Assembly: GCA_965644295.1 (NCBI GenBank)
Contig: CBFFRP010000406.1
Coordinates: forward strand, 62,001-126,000
Direction of reading: 5' to 3'
Origin: Paraphysomonas bandaiensis
Lineage: Eukaryota; Protista; Chrysophyceae
Length of the DNA stretch: 64,000 nucleotides
Position 1 is the first letter of the stretch. Each line of letters opens with the position of its first letter. Positions 30,039 through 43,304 of this stretch are shown here, one piece after another. The notes under the pieces were generated by a model that saw nothing but the letters and a program-made list of their open reading frames with translations, searched no databases and was not told where the DNA came from. The position numbers and the translations under genes were made by a program.

Positions 30039-30314
30039 TTTACTTAGATCAAAGAGAGATTAAGTTGTTAGACTAGATAGATTTATTAATATCGTTTACA
30101 CAAATTGTGTTAAACAACACAAGCTCGTTTTGTGCCATGCATAAATCACTACTTCTGTAGACCTTTCGCTACTAAACATATCTTGAAAGAGCAAACTATT
30201 TCAGTTTTCTCAATATCATAACAGCATCTACACATCACCATACTTCACTGTATTCTCGTACATTGTCTTCAAGTACCACATTGAATATACTAGGATACAG
30301 TCCATATTCTAATA
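30022..30314 (-). repeat. 5' LTR of the copia element
   Basis: Direct repeat of 24915-25207. Reads TA...CA on the element strand. Confidence 0.95.
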
Positions 30315-30524
30315 TTATCGTACACAACCGAGTATTAAGTATAGCCCAACGATACGGAAATAATTGATAAACACAATTTAAAAATTTCAGTGAAACACGA
30401 AATATCAATAATCCACAGTTTAGTTAACAAATTCCAATATAGTAAGCACAAACGATAATTCGAGAATACTACAGCCACATTACAAATCAATGATACTACA
30501 ATAAATGCCAACATTTTGGACCCT

Positions 30525-31828
30525 TTATACATATTTAGCACGTACACATGCATCTGGATCCTCTTCCCACTCCTGGCGCGTTATTTTAATCTGTTTGAAT
30601 GTGTCCAGTGATGCAACAATGCTTCCACCTATCCAAGCTGCGATCTTTCTTTGTGATGTGTACCCGGCTTCCCTGCATACAGTATAGTGAGCACGTGCTA
30701 GTACAGGAGCATGAAGTCTCATACCTGTGAGCCGAGCTCGGCACTACACGTATGTTCATATGTCTGTGACTCCTGTTCGTACTCTTCGCAACTAGTCCTT
30801 GCAGGTCCCGTTCTAACCTGTCACCAAATCCAGCTACCATAGACGTCCCACCTGATATGATGACGTTGTTGGACAGATCTCGCTGCAAGGACTCATCGCA
30901 CAACTGCAGTGAGTCGAGTGCCTGTGCAGTGAGGCCAGCAGGCTCCATATTATTGTTCACGAACACATCTTCCATACATGCACTAAATAGAGAACTGTCC
31001 ACAGATACATCTGTACCGTCAGGGAGACTGAAGTGAGCTTGTGCAGGGGGCTCCCGGTTAGCAGCTTGTTGCTGCGATTTGTTTCCCCTAGTCACAGGCG
31101 CTGCACTGGGACGAACAAATGCCATCTTCTCTTTTAGCATACGTGCATATGCCATATCGATCTGAATACCCTGCTCCTCCAAAGCCTCTCTCGTATGTTG
31201 CGATACATCCTGTCCAGCATATTCAATGCTAGTCGCAGCATGAGCCAATGCCAGTCCTTCAAACACTGGAACAGAGGAAGTAATCCCCGCACCACATTCA
31301 ACCACCAGGCCAGTAGTGCGGCCAGATGCAAAGAGAGACAGCGCGGAACTGTTAGCAATATATATAGATGGGACGCGGAAACTCTCGAAAAGCATCTCCG
31401 CCCATTTTGATCTATCTGCCGCAACGGCATTTGGTGGTTCAGTGATTAGTACCTGCAATAACAATCATGTCATACAAGCAGTAAACTGACGATGAAATCC
31501 AACCGAAGTTGTATCAGAAGAAGTGATGCCGATATCATCCAACATTATTTTCCAGAGAACCTCCAGTTGCTCCCAGTTTTTAACAGCTCCTCGATGAATC
31601 GGATGAAGAGACTTAGCGGAGAAGTCGTTTGTCTGTATCATGGCCTCTTCTATTGCCTAATAACACACGTGACATTATAAAAACGTATGCTGTTGAACAC
31701 ACCTCTACTCCATTAGGGTATTTCTGTGCAACAGAAGGGATGACTGTGGCCGGGGCATCATCTCCGGCGTAACCTGCTTTCAATGAGGCGCTTCCAGCAT
31801 CAACAACAAGCACTGGTCCATCAGACAT
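30525..31828 (-). CDS. Divergent actin / actin-related protein
   Basis: LVVDAGSASLKAGYAGDDAP, LITEPP, FASGRTTGLVVECG, ISGGTSM and AWIGGSIVASL. Three introns. Confidence 0.9.
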
Positions 31829-32408
31829 ATTCCACTATGCAGATGAACACCGATATATCTGTGGGGTTCCCTCCTCGGTGATAACAATTGAGTGAATGTG
31901 GCAGTCTACTTTACATGCTAGAATCCTCCCACACATACTCATACATACACAGCAGCACATGGATATACATACCTACACACACACACACGCAGACACACAC
32001 ACATACACACATACACATACACTGTACAGAGAGAGAAGGCAGTTATTTTTTTTTGTGATATATACACTGTATTTTACACAGCAGAATTCAAAACTCCTTG
32101 TAGTTCGTATACTGCGTATATCCATGTATATGCTGTATACTGTAGCGTATAGTTGTTGCAGGAACCGAATTTTGAAATTCGCTCTGTATGTATGTGTGTA
32201 TACTATACGTGCTGGTGCTGTATGTATGTATACGTATGTGTGTAGGAAGTCAAGAGGAGTTGAGCCTAACGGGAACGAGAACGGCACCATAAAGCAGAGC
32301 AATCAGCGTAATAACACCCCATGAACACCCCTTCCTCTTGTCATCTTTAAGACTAGACTCTAATCGATCTGTTGGTACATACGATAGCTGTTGCTGAGTA
32401 TAAGCGAC

Positions 32409-35400
32409 ATGAACGAGTCTGGTCAAGGCGATATTATAGACGAGTTCAGAGCTGCTATTCGGCTAGCTGCCACTGAATCATCCAAAACAGTATCGGAGTT
32501 CATTACATCGCTCTATGATTTTGTTGATGCTGATGATCGGGGATCGAAAACTCTCACATTTGAAATGTTTGAGCGCGGCATGAATCTTGTGAAGTCCATT
32601 CGTAAGAGCATTAACAGGAGTACACTCCAGGAGATATTTGAGGAATGTGATCAGAATGGGTACTCAAATATTACTGTGGATGAGTTGATAGACTTTTGTC
32701 AGAGATCTTTATCTACAGCGCGTGCTTTGTCTTTGAAATTACGAAAAGTAATAACTGAGAGCGGGACAGAACCGGAACACTACAAGATGGCATTTGCGTC
32801 AATGGCTGGCTCATCGAAATATGTTGACGTTGAGCACTTTAGAGTCTTTGCCGAAGACATGCTCAATATTCATATTGGCGAAGCTGATGCTTTGGCATTG
32901 TACACGTTGTATGATACCAATGGTGACGGAAAGGTGTCCCTCGACGACTTTGTGGGATTTTTGGACGCCCATACACCGGATGCTGCCCGTGCTCTAAATG
33001 GCGGTAACCCAGAAAATATTGTCGATATTAAGGTCAGCGTAAGCCGAGCTCAAGATGCGGACCTTGTTCGGCAGGGCTATATTCAGGTACCCCCTGACCT
33101 CAGCACTATACCAGGCGCTACATCAGCAAAACCCTCAGCAGATATGGTTGTCGCCCAGGGAACGTTCGGCAAAGGACACAGTATTTGGATATGGCGAGCG
33201 AAGCAAGGTACATGCTGTGGAAAGCTCAAACCGATTGTCGATATTCAACTGGAGTCAGTTTCGTACTCGACTGCTATGGTCGTGAGCGGCTACACTTGTC
33301 TGCCGATTTCCCTCAGTGGGCAGTGGGTGTGGATCAAGCGTGCTGCAACAATCGCCGAGGAGCAGGATAGCATAGTTGACTTTCAGGTGACGACTGGCCG
33401 AGCGAGCAGCCTCACAGATCGCATCTGGTCAGGCCCCGGTGCCGGCTGGATCAGGGTGGATGGAAACTTCAGCAAAGGATTTTTCAACTCTGTGGATACT
33501 TTTCTATGGCTTCTTCCTGCCCGGGAACGGAGTATGGCGCAACACATGGCGTCGCCTGTGAGGTAATTTGATGTCATGATTTGTTACGTTTGTTGCACCT
33601 TTGATAGTCTTTTTATTTACCATCATCTATTCTTTATTGTACAGGACGGCTGTGTTTCTATCGGAGGAGGAGCGACAGAACCGCCTTATGCAGACCGTGG
33701 AAAAGACATTACGTCACTACGTGTCACTGGATAGCATGAAGAGCTCCGCAGACCCTTTCTTTATTAGGCCGGGCATAAATGTTGAAGACCGGAAAGATGC
33801 ACAAAAAGCAAGTGCTATTAACACAGTCATTGACCTTGGTAGTGCTCCACTCTTCCACAAGGTAATGTAGTCGTACCAATGAATGAATCCATTGCCTGAA
33901 TCTTATACTGTCGCAGTATTCTACCGGATCAAGACGTGTACTCAATGTGAGCAGGTTTAAATCCATGCTGATCGACGTTGGACTCCGCATTGACAAGGCG
34001 GATTACAAGCACATATTTCACTTTTTCGATCTGAACCAGGACAAGACAATAACTAGAGAGGAGTTCGCGTTTATGCTATCGCTGACCGACTATGAGCTGG
34101 ACCGCGTTGTTGATACAATGAAGGAGAAGCTCATGGCAGTCACCAGAGGAGCTTCGAAGATAAAACATAATCGAATGATTAGAGATATATTCCATATCAT
34201 TAACACCGATGCCTCATCTATTCTCTCTCTCAAGGAAGTGATGGGGCTCTGTGCTAGGTTTAACATATTTCTGACCGAGGAAGAGGCTCGACAGCTAAAA
34301 GCGTTGATGGATGTGGATGGGGATGACAAAGTCTCTGAAAAGGACTTTATGATGTTCATGAAGACGCGTCGTAACGTGTCTTACCGAAGCGCCCAGCGTG
34401 TGAAGGAAGCTGCCGCTGTGGTGAGAAGGTGGATACTTAGGGGGGATACGGGCACAAATGACCGGAAGCGGACAGTAAGGTTGGTGGCTTCGAGTATGTA
34501 ACTCCAGACTTGTATAATTGTTCACGTTATAGTGCCGTGAGTCATCAGTGGAGAGAACTTGAGCTCAAACATTCCCAGTCCTACGGCACGAAATTTCCGG
34601 GGTATCTAGTGGCCAGTGATTTCTCACTTATACTTGCTCGGTTGGGACATCGACTTTCCACAACTGAGCTTAAGCAGTTGACAATGGTGATCGCTCCGGA
34701 GCAGTCTGGACGCGTATTCCAGAGAGACATTGAGGTGTTCATGCAAAGAAGGTGTCGCTCATTTGGAGAGCTTATGCACATACTCGAGGAAGATGTTTTG
34801 AAACCTGTTGTGGACACATACAAACTTTTGAGGTAGAGGAATGCATTTTCCTTCTAATGCGTGGTTATTTGTGTATACAGGAAGGAAATATTGCAAAACA
34901 CATCGGGAGCAGAGAGTGACAAGAAGCTTGCTTTGGAAGCAGAATACAATGAGATGATTGCAGAAGTTGTCAAAGCAGTGCAGGAAACCCCCAAGAAGAC
35001 CACCACTGTTTATCCTGATGATAAAAAACCTCAAGATATAATTGGCCTTGCGGTAGAGGAATCGCTTGGTGATGGGATGGCAGCACAGGGTGCCGCTTCA
35101 AAGGTGAAAGCAACACATAATATTGTTTCAGTGGAGCAGGTGAAGGACGGAATAGAGTTCGTCATAAGGTAAAATGCTTCCGTGGCCCTTTGTTGCAGTA
35201 ACTAAGTGTGTATTCGTTCTAGGGACTACGAAACTCCGCAAGACCAGATGCCGAATTTGGAAGAGTGGGTGTGTATGAGTATACTGACCGAATCAGCTGT
35301 TACCGAAGAAGGAAACTATGGCATTAACACGAAGATTCTTGTTGACGGCATTTGCGTATATATTGCTGGTAGACCGGAGGATTATCAGAATGAGGAAGAG

Positions 35401-38400
35401 ATCACAATTGACATGTTATGCCGTGACTTACAGCGCATGATTGTTGATGTGGCTCGTACAAGTGCCCCAAAAGGTGGAAAGAGTCTTGACTTCAGTATAC
35501 CGTTTGCCCTATTTGATGAAGATGGTGGCGGGACTATAACCCCTGATGAGTTTCATAAGATGCTCATAAGACTACAGCTTATAGATCTGCTACCGGAGGG
35601 GAAGCTCCCTATGGTTCTCGCAAAGTTTGACCAGACGAACAAGGGGTACATCACTCCAGATGACTTCCGTGCGTTTGTCGAGAGTGGTGGTGACGTTGAC
35701 TGCGATATGACAGATATTGCAGATGATGACTCTGATCCTGACGACGATTACGGGCTCTCCTCGAACACCCCACCTGTGACAGTCACACGTAACGCAGAGT
35801 TGGACTGGCTGGCGTGGTTCCTTTACAAGGAAGCTTGTAAAATTGACTCTGTGGATCCCGAAAGTGTGATAACCGAACTGGAGGCTGCTTGTGCTGAGTC
35901 TGAAATTATTGAAAATGCGGGATCAATATCCAAAAAAGAGTTGTGGACACTGCTATTTGAGCTTAAACTCAAAGGAAATATGACACGTGTGCAATACGAC
36001 AAGGCTGTACATCATTTAGCGTTTGATAACGACGACAAGGGCGCCGAGTCACTTGTTGATTACGAGTCGTTGTGTCGCTATGTTGTTCGCATGGGTAGAG
36101 CATTCAACGCCCTAGTCCAAGAAAAGAAACAAGAGAGAGAGAAAATTTACCTGAAGATGAAGGATACTTTGCTCAAGGAGTTAACCAGTATGGTTTCTGT
36201 TGGTAGCAGGTGGTGATTGTGTGTTGCGAATGCGTCCTGTATCTTATATCCTGACAGGGCTGGTGCGGATGACAAAGCAAAATCTACCGATGACCCATTT
36301 GGACTATTTGCACATAAAAACAGCGTAATGGAAAACCTTCGCTACGAAAAAGTATTTAGACGTCTTGATTCTGATGGTGACGGTAAGATCACTGTTAGAG
36401 AATTCAAGAGTGGTCTTCGCCGACTTCGGGTGAAAGACGAGAAACGGTGGAACTTGCGGATGATACGTCGACTCTTCGACGACTGTGATAAAAATAGTGA
36501 CGGGCTTCTGTCGATGAAGGAGTTCACTCATATGATTAACACATGGAAGAGCGGGGGGGGAGTAAAAGATGATGTAGACATCGATGGAAATTTTAGAGAC
36601 TCGGACGACGAAGGTGATGCTGATTCAACTGAGGGGATATTCCGTAAAGAGAAAGTTATATATGATAATGAACTTTTCAAAAAGGTTAGTGTGTTGCCAA
36701 GTGTGTTTCATCATCTCTAATTGCTGTAGGTTTCGTCAACATTAATGGAGGTTGTTCCGTCCTCTGGGAAGAGCGGTGAAAATCATGTTGAAGTTGTGAA
36801 GGCCGCAGTAAGAAAGTTTTTTCAGCGATCTGACCCCGATCAGCGGGGTATCGTTACCGAGGAGAGGTTTCGTGCGTTTTGCCGGCGCAGTTCTCTCCAG
36901 GAAACTCTTACTGCATCTGAGCTACGAACTCTTATTGAGCGACTCCGCAAGCGGCGCCCTGGGAGATCTCGTTCAGGGTATCAAAGTGGTGTGGTAATTG
37001 ATTATGAGAGGTATTCCGGTGCATGTTGTGTTATGTGATCTTGATACACCCTGTAGGTTTCTGCACCAGTTGTCTAAGACAGCAGAGAGCATTCCCCATA
37101 GTCGCGCGGAGGCCGCTCTTGCAAAGATACAGGACGCCGCATACGAGTCCGCTGCATCAGGAAGACCGTTCCTTTCACTCTGTTCACTTGTTGATATGAA
37201 ATTGAGTGGAAGTATGACAGCAGATGAGTTGATCCATACTGTAAAGATGATGGGTGTTGCTATTACTCACGAAGAAGTTCGGGCACTCCAGGAACTTCTC
37301 CCTCCTGCTGCAGTGCAAAAGGACGGTAGAATTGACTACCGGGAATTATTCTGGTTAATACAGCATCATACTGCCGCACCGCATCCTGGACAGCCTGCTG
37401 ATATGAAAAAGACTTTTGATTTCGCCCCGCGCGCACTGGCTCCTGTGACACCCGGGGCAACTCCTTTTTTCGCAAGAACTCCCAATCCAACAGCATATGG
37501 AGGAACCGCAAGATTTCAAGACACAGCCGACTTCTCGTTCGGTGGAACACATGTTGCCACTCCACTGGGTGACATGCTCACCACCCCCTTGAGGGCAGAC
37601 CACGGAACCAGCTCTCTGGCGATGACGAGAGACAATCCCTATAATTCCTCGTCGAGTGGTGTGCACCGCAGACAACTGTGGAATATAGCCGATCGTACGA
37701 AGTATGCAGTAGATGAAAAAAGTCGTAAATGGGGTGTTCCTTTTTCCCTCAGAAAGCAATTTGAAGTGTATGACTCAGATCTGACTGGTTTCGTTTCCCT
37801 CCGTACTTTTCAAAGTACACTGGATGACTTAGCGGTAAACCTGACTCCTTCTGATCTACATGTTTTGCGTACTCAATTTGGTCGCCCCGAAGATGATGCA
37901 ATTGACTACCTAGCTTTCTGCGAAATGACTTTTGAAGATACCGTGAGGACTTACGGAAAACTTCCTAATGAGCGGCCCTCAAAAGGACAGTGGAATCGTG
38001 GTGCTGGTGATACGCTTCCCCCGCCTTCTAGGCTGACCGAGACTCTTCGCCATCTTAAGAATACTGGTAAAGATCCACTAGACATATTTCAGGCTTACGA
38101 CCTGGATAATACTGGGATGGTATGCTCTTGTATTGCGATTGTCGATTGTTTACTTGTTGTGTAGGTGGATGCAAGAAAATTTCGGGAGGTTGTGCAGCGT
38201 TTAGAGCTGTTGCAAACATCACGCCAGCTAGAAGATGCTCTTGAGAAATATGCCAGTATTTCAGACAGGTTCGATCGTTATGCACTGCAGTACTGTGCTG
38301 ACATGTTACCGGATTTAGGCACCTGATATCGTATGAGGACTTTTGTCGGGCCCTTGAGGCTCACGCTGCTTCTGAAGAGGGAGATGGGCGTTATGACCGT

Positions 38401-39256
38401 ACATCTCCTCGCCGTCGATCGGATAGTTTTGGTAGGAGCAGTAAATATGTCGATGGGGATGGTTACGATGGGCTGAGGAGTTCACGAGGCGACGGAAGGG
38501 GTGGAACCCTGTCCTCACAGAATATAGAGCGCTGGTACAACCAGGACGCAACTCCTAGGGAGCAGCGTGAGTTCGATAAGGTTTACGATAGCCTAGACAG
38601 ATTCAAATCTAGCATGGATAGCAGCTTTGACGAGGGAGACAAATATGGGTATCGTACAGGGGGAGGAATACTTCCTCCTAAACCCAGTGAGTCCGTCTCT
38701 CGCCTTCGACTAAATAAGACCTCTACTTCTTGGGATCGGACAGGAATAGCATCTTATGGTTCCAGCGAGTCTCCGAGGTACCGTAGTCCGGGTCGCAACT
38801 CTGATAGACTATCTTCCAGTGGTGGGGCATTTAATGCTCCTAGGTCTCCTCCTTCCAAGGTAGGGTCTGTGATGTGGGGCAGTGATACCCCGCTGGCTAG
38901 GAAGGGAAATGCACCACAACTGGACGATTCCACATGGGTGTGTAGTGTCTGCTACTTTACGGAAAATAGCCACCAGTCCAAGAACTGTGAAATATGCCAA
39001 TCGCCTAATTACAACAACCAGAAGGTATAAACACTCGCCCTGCACTGTATAGTTCAATATAAATAATGTGCGGTAGGATTTTCAAATCAAGCAGCAGTGT
39101 GCGGGCTGTACCTTTCTCAATGGTCACTTTGCCAAAGTATGTGAGATGTGCGGTGAGAAGGTAAATGTTGACGATGTTACAGTATACAGTATCACGTGCT
39201 GATTGACAGATGTAAGTCTTCAATTGTATTTTTCGATTTATAGCGTGGACTTGTAG
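32409..39256 (+). CDS. Very large multi-EF-hand protein with an MABP-like beta-prism segment and C-terminal RanBP2-type zinc fingers
   Basis: Many EF loops (DTNGDGKVSLDDF, DLNQDKTITREE, DSDGDGKITVREF). IVDIKVS/PIVDIQL/GWIRVDGNF repeats. WVCSVC...CEIC and CAGC...CEMC at the end. About a dozen short introns. Confidence 0.75.
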
Positions 39257-39629
39257 GTGGGTGTATTTAAACGTAGTTGCTCAATATTATTTTGTATGAC
39301 TACACATTGTCGAGTTATGTAAGAAATAATGATAATACTAATATTTCTGAAACTGGTAATTATAAATAATTCCTATTTGTTTTAGTATTTCATTGCGAGG
39401 AATTTACGTATAAGCAATTCTTTTTCGCAGTCTTAGTACTGGCTGAATAACCGCACATTATATGGAAGTTAGTGCCAGGAAGCAAGTTATTGATGAGTGA
39501 ACTTTTTCAGACAAACCATTGTTACTTGTGAAGTAGAATTCAAATAGCTGAGTAGCATACATCTTATATATCATATACTTAAAACGGTTTCACTTACTTA
39601 ACTACAACACTTTTTGCTACTCATCTACT

Positions 39630-39923
39630 TATTAGAATATGGATCTTATTCTAGTATATTCAGTATGTCACTTGAAGACAATGTACGAGAATACAGTGAA
39701 ATATAGTGATGTACAAATGCTGTGATGATATTGAGAAACAGAAATAGTTTGATCTTTCAAGATATGTTCAGTAACGAGAGGTTCACATATGTAGGATATT
39801 ATGCAGGGATTATAATGAGTTAGTGTTGGTTATCACAACTTCGTGTAAACGATATTAATAAATCTATCTAGTCTTACGACAACTTCTCTCTGTGATCTAG
39901 CTTAAAATGAGCAATTGTCAATA
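39630..39923 (+). mobile_element. Solo LTR related to the copia element at 24915-30314
   Basis: Diverged full-length match to the LTR (TATTAGAATATGGA...), 294 bp, with 5-bp TSD CTACT (39625-39629 and 39924-39928). Confidence 0.9.
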
Positions 39924-40046
39924 CTACTAGATTAACTGGGTACTTCTTTTACTAGAAATCTAGTAGACATACACATGCATGCGTTTTAGCAAATTAACGA
40001 CAAATCTTGAGCATATATAAATTTCACCTAATCTTATAGTTCATTA

Positions 40047-41136
40047 AAGTCGAGGTAATACCAAAACCTGGTAAAGCGATTTCACCAGGTTTCATATCTA
40101 AGTATTGAGTTATTATTTTACTGTAATTTGTATCTAAGAGGTTAAAGATAAAGAAAAAGCTGCAATTATAGTTGTTATTAGCAATATTTATTGCGTTACA
40201 AGTTGGCCCTGCCACGACTTGTGTTTTGTAATATCATATTCTCATATAGCTGCATTTGCCTCTCTTGAGATTGCAAACGCTCCAACCGAATAGCCTGGTT
40301 TTGGATACAATGCATACGCATAAAGCTATCTTCACCATCTAGTTCTCATTATTGTAATACAGTACCATCTAGTTCTCATTATTGCTTCCGCATGTAACAG
40401 AGAAGCTATAACTGTACATACAATGAATGAACTGATTATTACTCAACAGAGCCCAATAGTACTCCAGCTACACACTCTACTACTCTAGTCTCTAGTACCA
40501 CTACTTATTACCTGACACTAGCCGGAAGTCTCTGGAGCTGAAAGCAATTCCTGATGCATTTCTCTTTTTACCACGACTGAGAGCATTTCTCAGTAAGTCG
40601 AGCATATCCACTACCTCACCTGCATGGTCTTCGTTTCAAACACGGTTTCATGCTGTAAATCAGCACATAAATCAACGACGTACTCGGACTGAACTTTCGC
40701 TGCGCATTTCAAATGCTTTACTCCCCTCCAATACTTATAGGCATAGTGCTTGCGTCATCTTCAATAACCTCGAGACATACACTCTCCGCATTTCTACAGG
40801 TCATGGGAACCCACTTGTCGCTCATTTTGTCGATAATGAGGCATAAACCTTTTTGTATGACTATGAGGCATTATTACTGGTAAACGTGCCAGAAGTTCAG
40901 TTGATTATCGTTTGTAAGTATAGATAGCACTACTATATGTATAATGTAACCGTTGCATTCTCACTTTTTTGACCTGTAACTAATATAAAATTTATTAAAT
41001 GTCTCTAAAAACATGTTCTCTTTACAACTACTACATTATTAATTGCAAAACGCAACAAAACTTCAACTAAAATCAACATTTTCAAAATTTCACCAGGTTT
41101 CGACCGCTTTACCAGGTTTGGGCATCACATCGACTT
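40047..41136. mobile_element. Non-autonomous TIR element, family A
   Basis: Imperfect ~32-bp TIRs AAGTCGA(G/T)GT(A/G)AT(A/G)CC(A/C)AAACCTGGTAAAGCG. The right subterminal ~200 bp match 62118-62300 in inverted orientation. No TSD seen. Confidence 0.7.
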
Positions 41137-43304
41137 CTTTACAATAGCTCTCCCGCGTAGACAGTTAGTATTGACGCTTGCTATACGAACTCACAGTTAA
41201 TAATAGCACAATTCACAGTGTATTCGCTCTCTCAAATTGCTTATTGGAATTCCAAATTACTAACTAAGTACGTGGCATTCGCTACTTCAAAATTGAAGTT
41301 GCGGTTTCTTTTATTGAGCAACACGACATCAAGATTTCAGCTGGATGACGATAACTTGTTCCCTCAAACCATCCCTAATCTGCTTCTTGGAGTTCCAAAA
41401 CGCTGTCATATACCAGTGCCTGCCAATACTTCAATGTTCTGTTCGACGTCCGCATAGCATTTGCGATTACTATACAATCACAATTTCACTGCAATCAAGT
41501 CAGAGTTATCATCACCATCACGACAAAGATTCTTGTCCTCACAGTGTGTTGGAGGGACACTTTCTTATTGGCAAGCTCCATTTCTGATCGGCTTCTGCGG
41601 TATGTTTTTTTGGACAAGACAATGGAAAAACGACGCTTTTGTTCTCGTTAGCACGAAGGGCTTCCCAGTAGAGCTCATAGAACTCCCATACATACACTCG
41701 CATCCAGAATACACTCCAGAGCGCAAGTAAAAATCCCTTGCCTGACAATCCTGGGTTTTTGCTTGCGCTCTGGAGCTGGAGGAAGATTTTACTCCCTTGC
41801 CAGACGATCCTGCAGAGTATTCGATCATGGAAGACCGCAGTCCTGATCCCTTATATCAGACATTGCATGCTCTTACTTGTCCAGATACACTGGATGAAAT
41901 GATTCAGAAATCGTTATTAATATTTGCCGCAACAGAATGGATATTTTAAACGAGCAGCAGCATGTGGCAGCTCGAACAGCCGAACTAGAGAATTCACGGA
42001 ATCATGACCACCTCACTGAAACCAATACATTTCCGTCGGCTGATTTAACACTTTTTCCTGCATCGTTTTGTTTCTACTTAAAAATATTTTTTACCATCTG
42101 TTCCTTAGTAATTTCTTAGTTTGTTCCATTTTTTACATTAACTAACATTCGATAATAGTAACACTTACATTCGACACTTAGTAACCTTACGACACTTAGT
42201 AACACTTACTTCTATTCACACTTAGTAACACACTTAGTCTATATTCCAATAGTCTACATTAAAACATCGACAGTAAGTAATAATTGCAATTCTAATTGAC
42301 TACATTTCACAAGTTATCAACTATTATAAAGCGTGTGTAGCTTACTTCAAAACTAATAAAACTCGTGGAACTTCCGAGAACGATCGTTGCTACCTTGCGA
42401 TTGACAATTCCCGATTCCAGGTCCCCAAACGATGTCAGGTACATTGATAGATTACTAGGAATTATGTTACGAGTGCGGAGATGAGCACGAGTGGATGCAA
42501 GGCGAAAGTATGTGCAATAGGACCCGGTGCAGATGACACTTCATTTTTCATTTCGAAAATCGATGTACAAAGTTTCACTAAGCAAATGCTTCAAGACAGT
42601 AGATGCGTAATGCAGCGAAAGGACAGTAGCATACTGGGCGTATTGTACTGGTGTTCTGAAAGGACTACAGTGTTGAAGCAGCTACTGTACCTGCTCATAG
42701 AGAGACGTAACTGCAACATGGTAAGATTAGACTGAGTCCAGTAGCGAGCGGCGAGCTGTGCGCTGCAATTTCAAGCACAGTGTCTGGATGGATCGTTACG
42801 TCTGAAGATGTACATAGGAGGTACATGGCTGGTAAGGACTCCTTAACTACAGTATGAGAACAACGGCACAAATCCCACTGCATGCTGCTCATACATGCAG
42901 CTATGGATATTGCTGGCAGTCCAGAATACATACGTATTCCATGATGTACAACAGGATGGTTGTGTACACATTTCGGTCCAGATAGTAAACTGAAAACAAT
43001 TGTCTCCACAAGATCAAACCTGTCCGTGAACGTTTCACTTTTTTCTATTCTATGGGCAGTGTGTACGATGTATGTATGTGGGCGTATAGAGAGATGTGTG
43101 TGTGAGTGGGAGTGTAGGATATGGAGCTGTGCGTGTGTATGTATGTATCAGTTATGTGCAGCTGCATCAACAGATCGAACATACTAACTATAGCCATAGC
43201 CATAGACTTACCTGGTCACCACGCACTCGTCTCAGTGAACCAAGTAACAAGACTGTGCCTGTATCGTCTCTCTCTGTCTCCATATATCATATAGCTGTTC
43301 AATC

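Larger units (their letters stand above)
24915..30314 (-). mobile_element. Full-length Ty1/copia LTR retrotransposon
   Basis: 293-bp LTRs (24915-25207 and 30022-30314) that look identical by eye, 5-bp TSD TTATC, PBS TGGTAGCGAGCG next to the 5' LTR and PPT GAGTGGGAG next to the 3' LTR. Confidence 0.97.

Noticed and set aside
41218-42119. Several short ORFs with coding-like composition
   Set aside because: No recognisable motif or consistent frame. Possibly a decayed TE or gene, but unsupported.
42155-42240. ACACTTAGTA tandem units
   Set aside because: Short degenerate minisatellite with no unique spacers.
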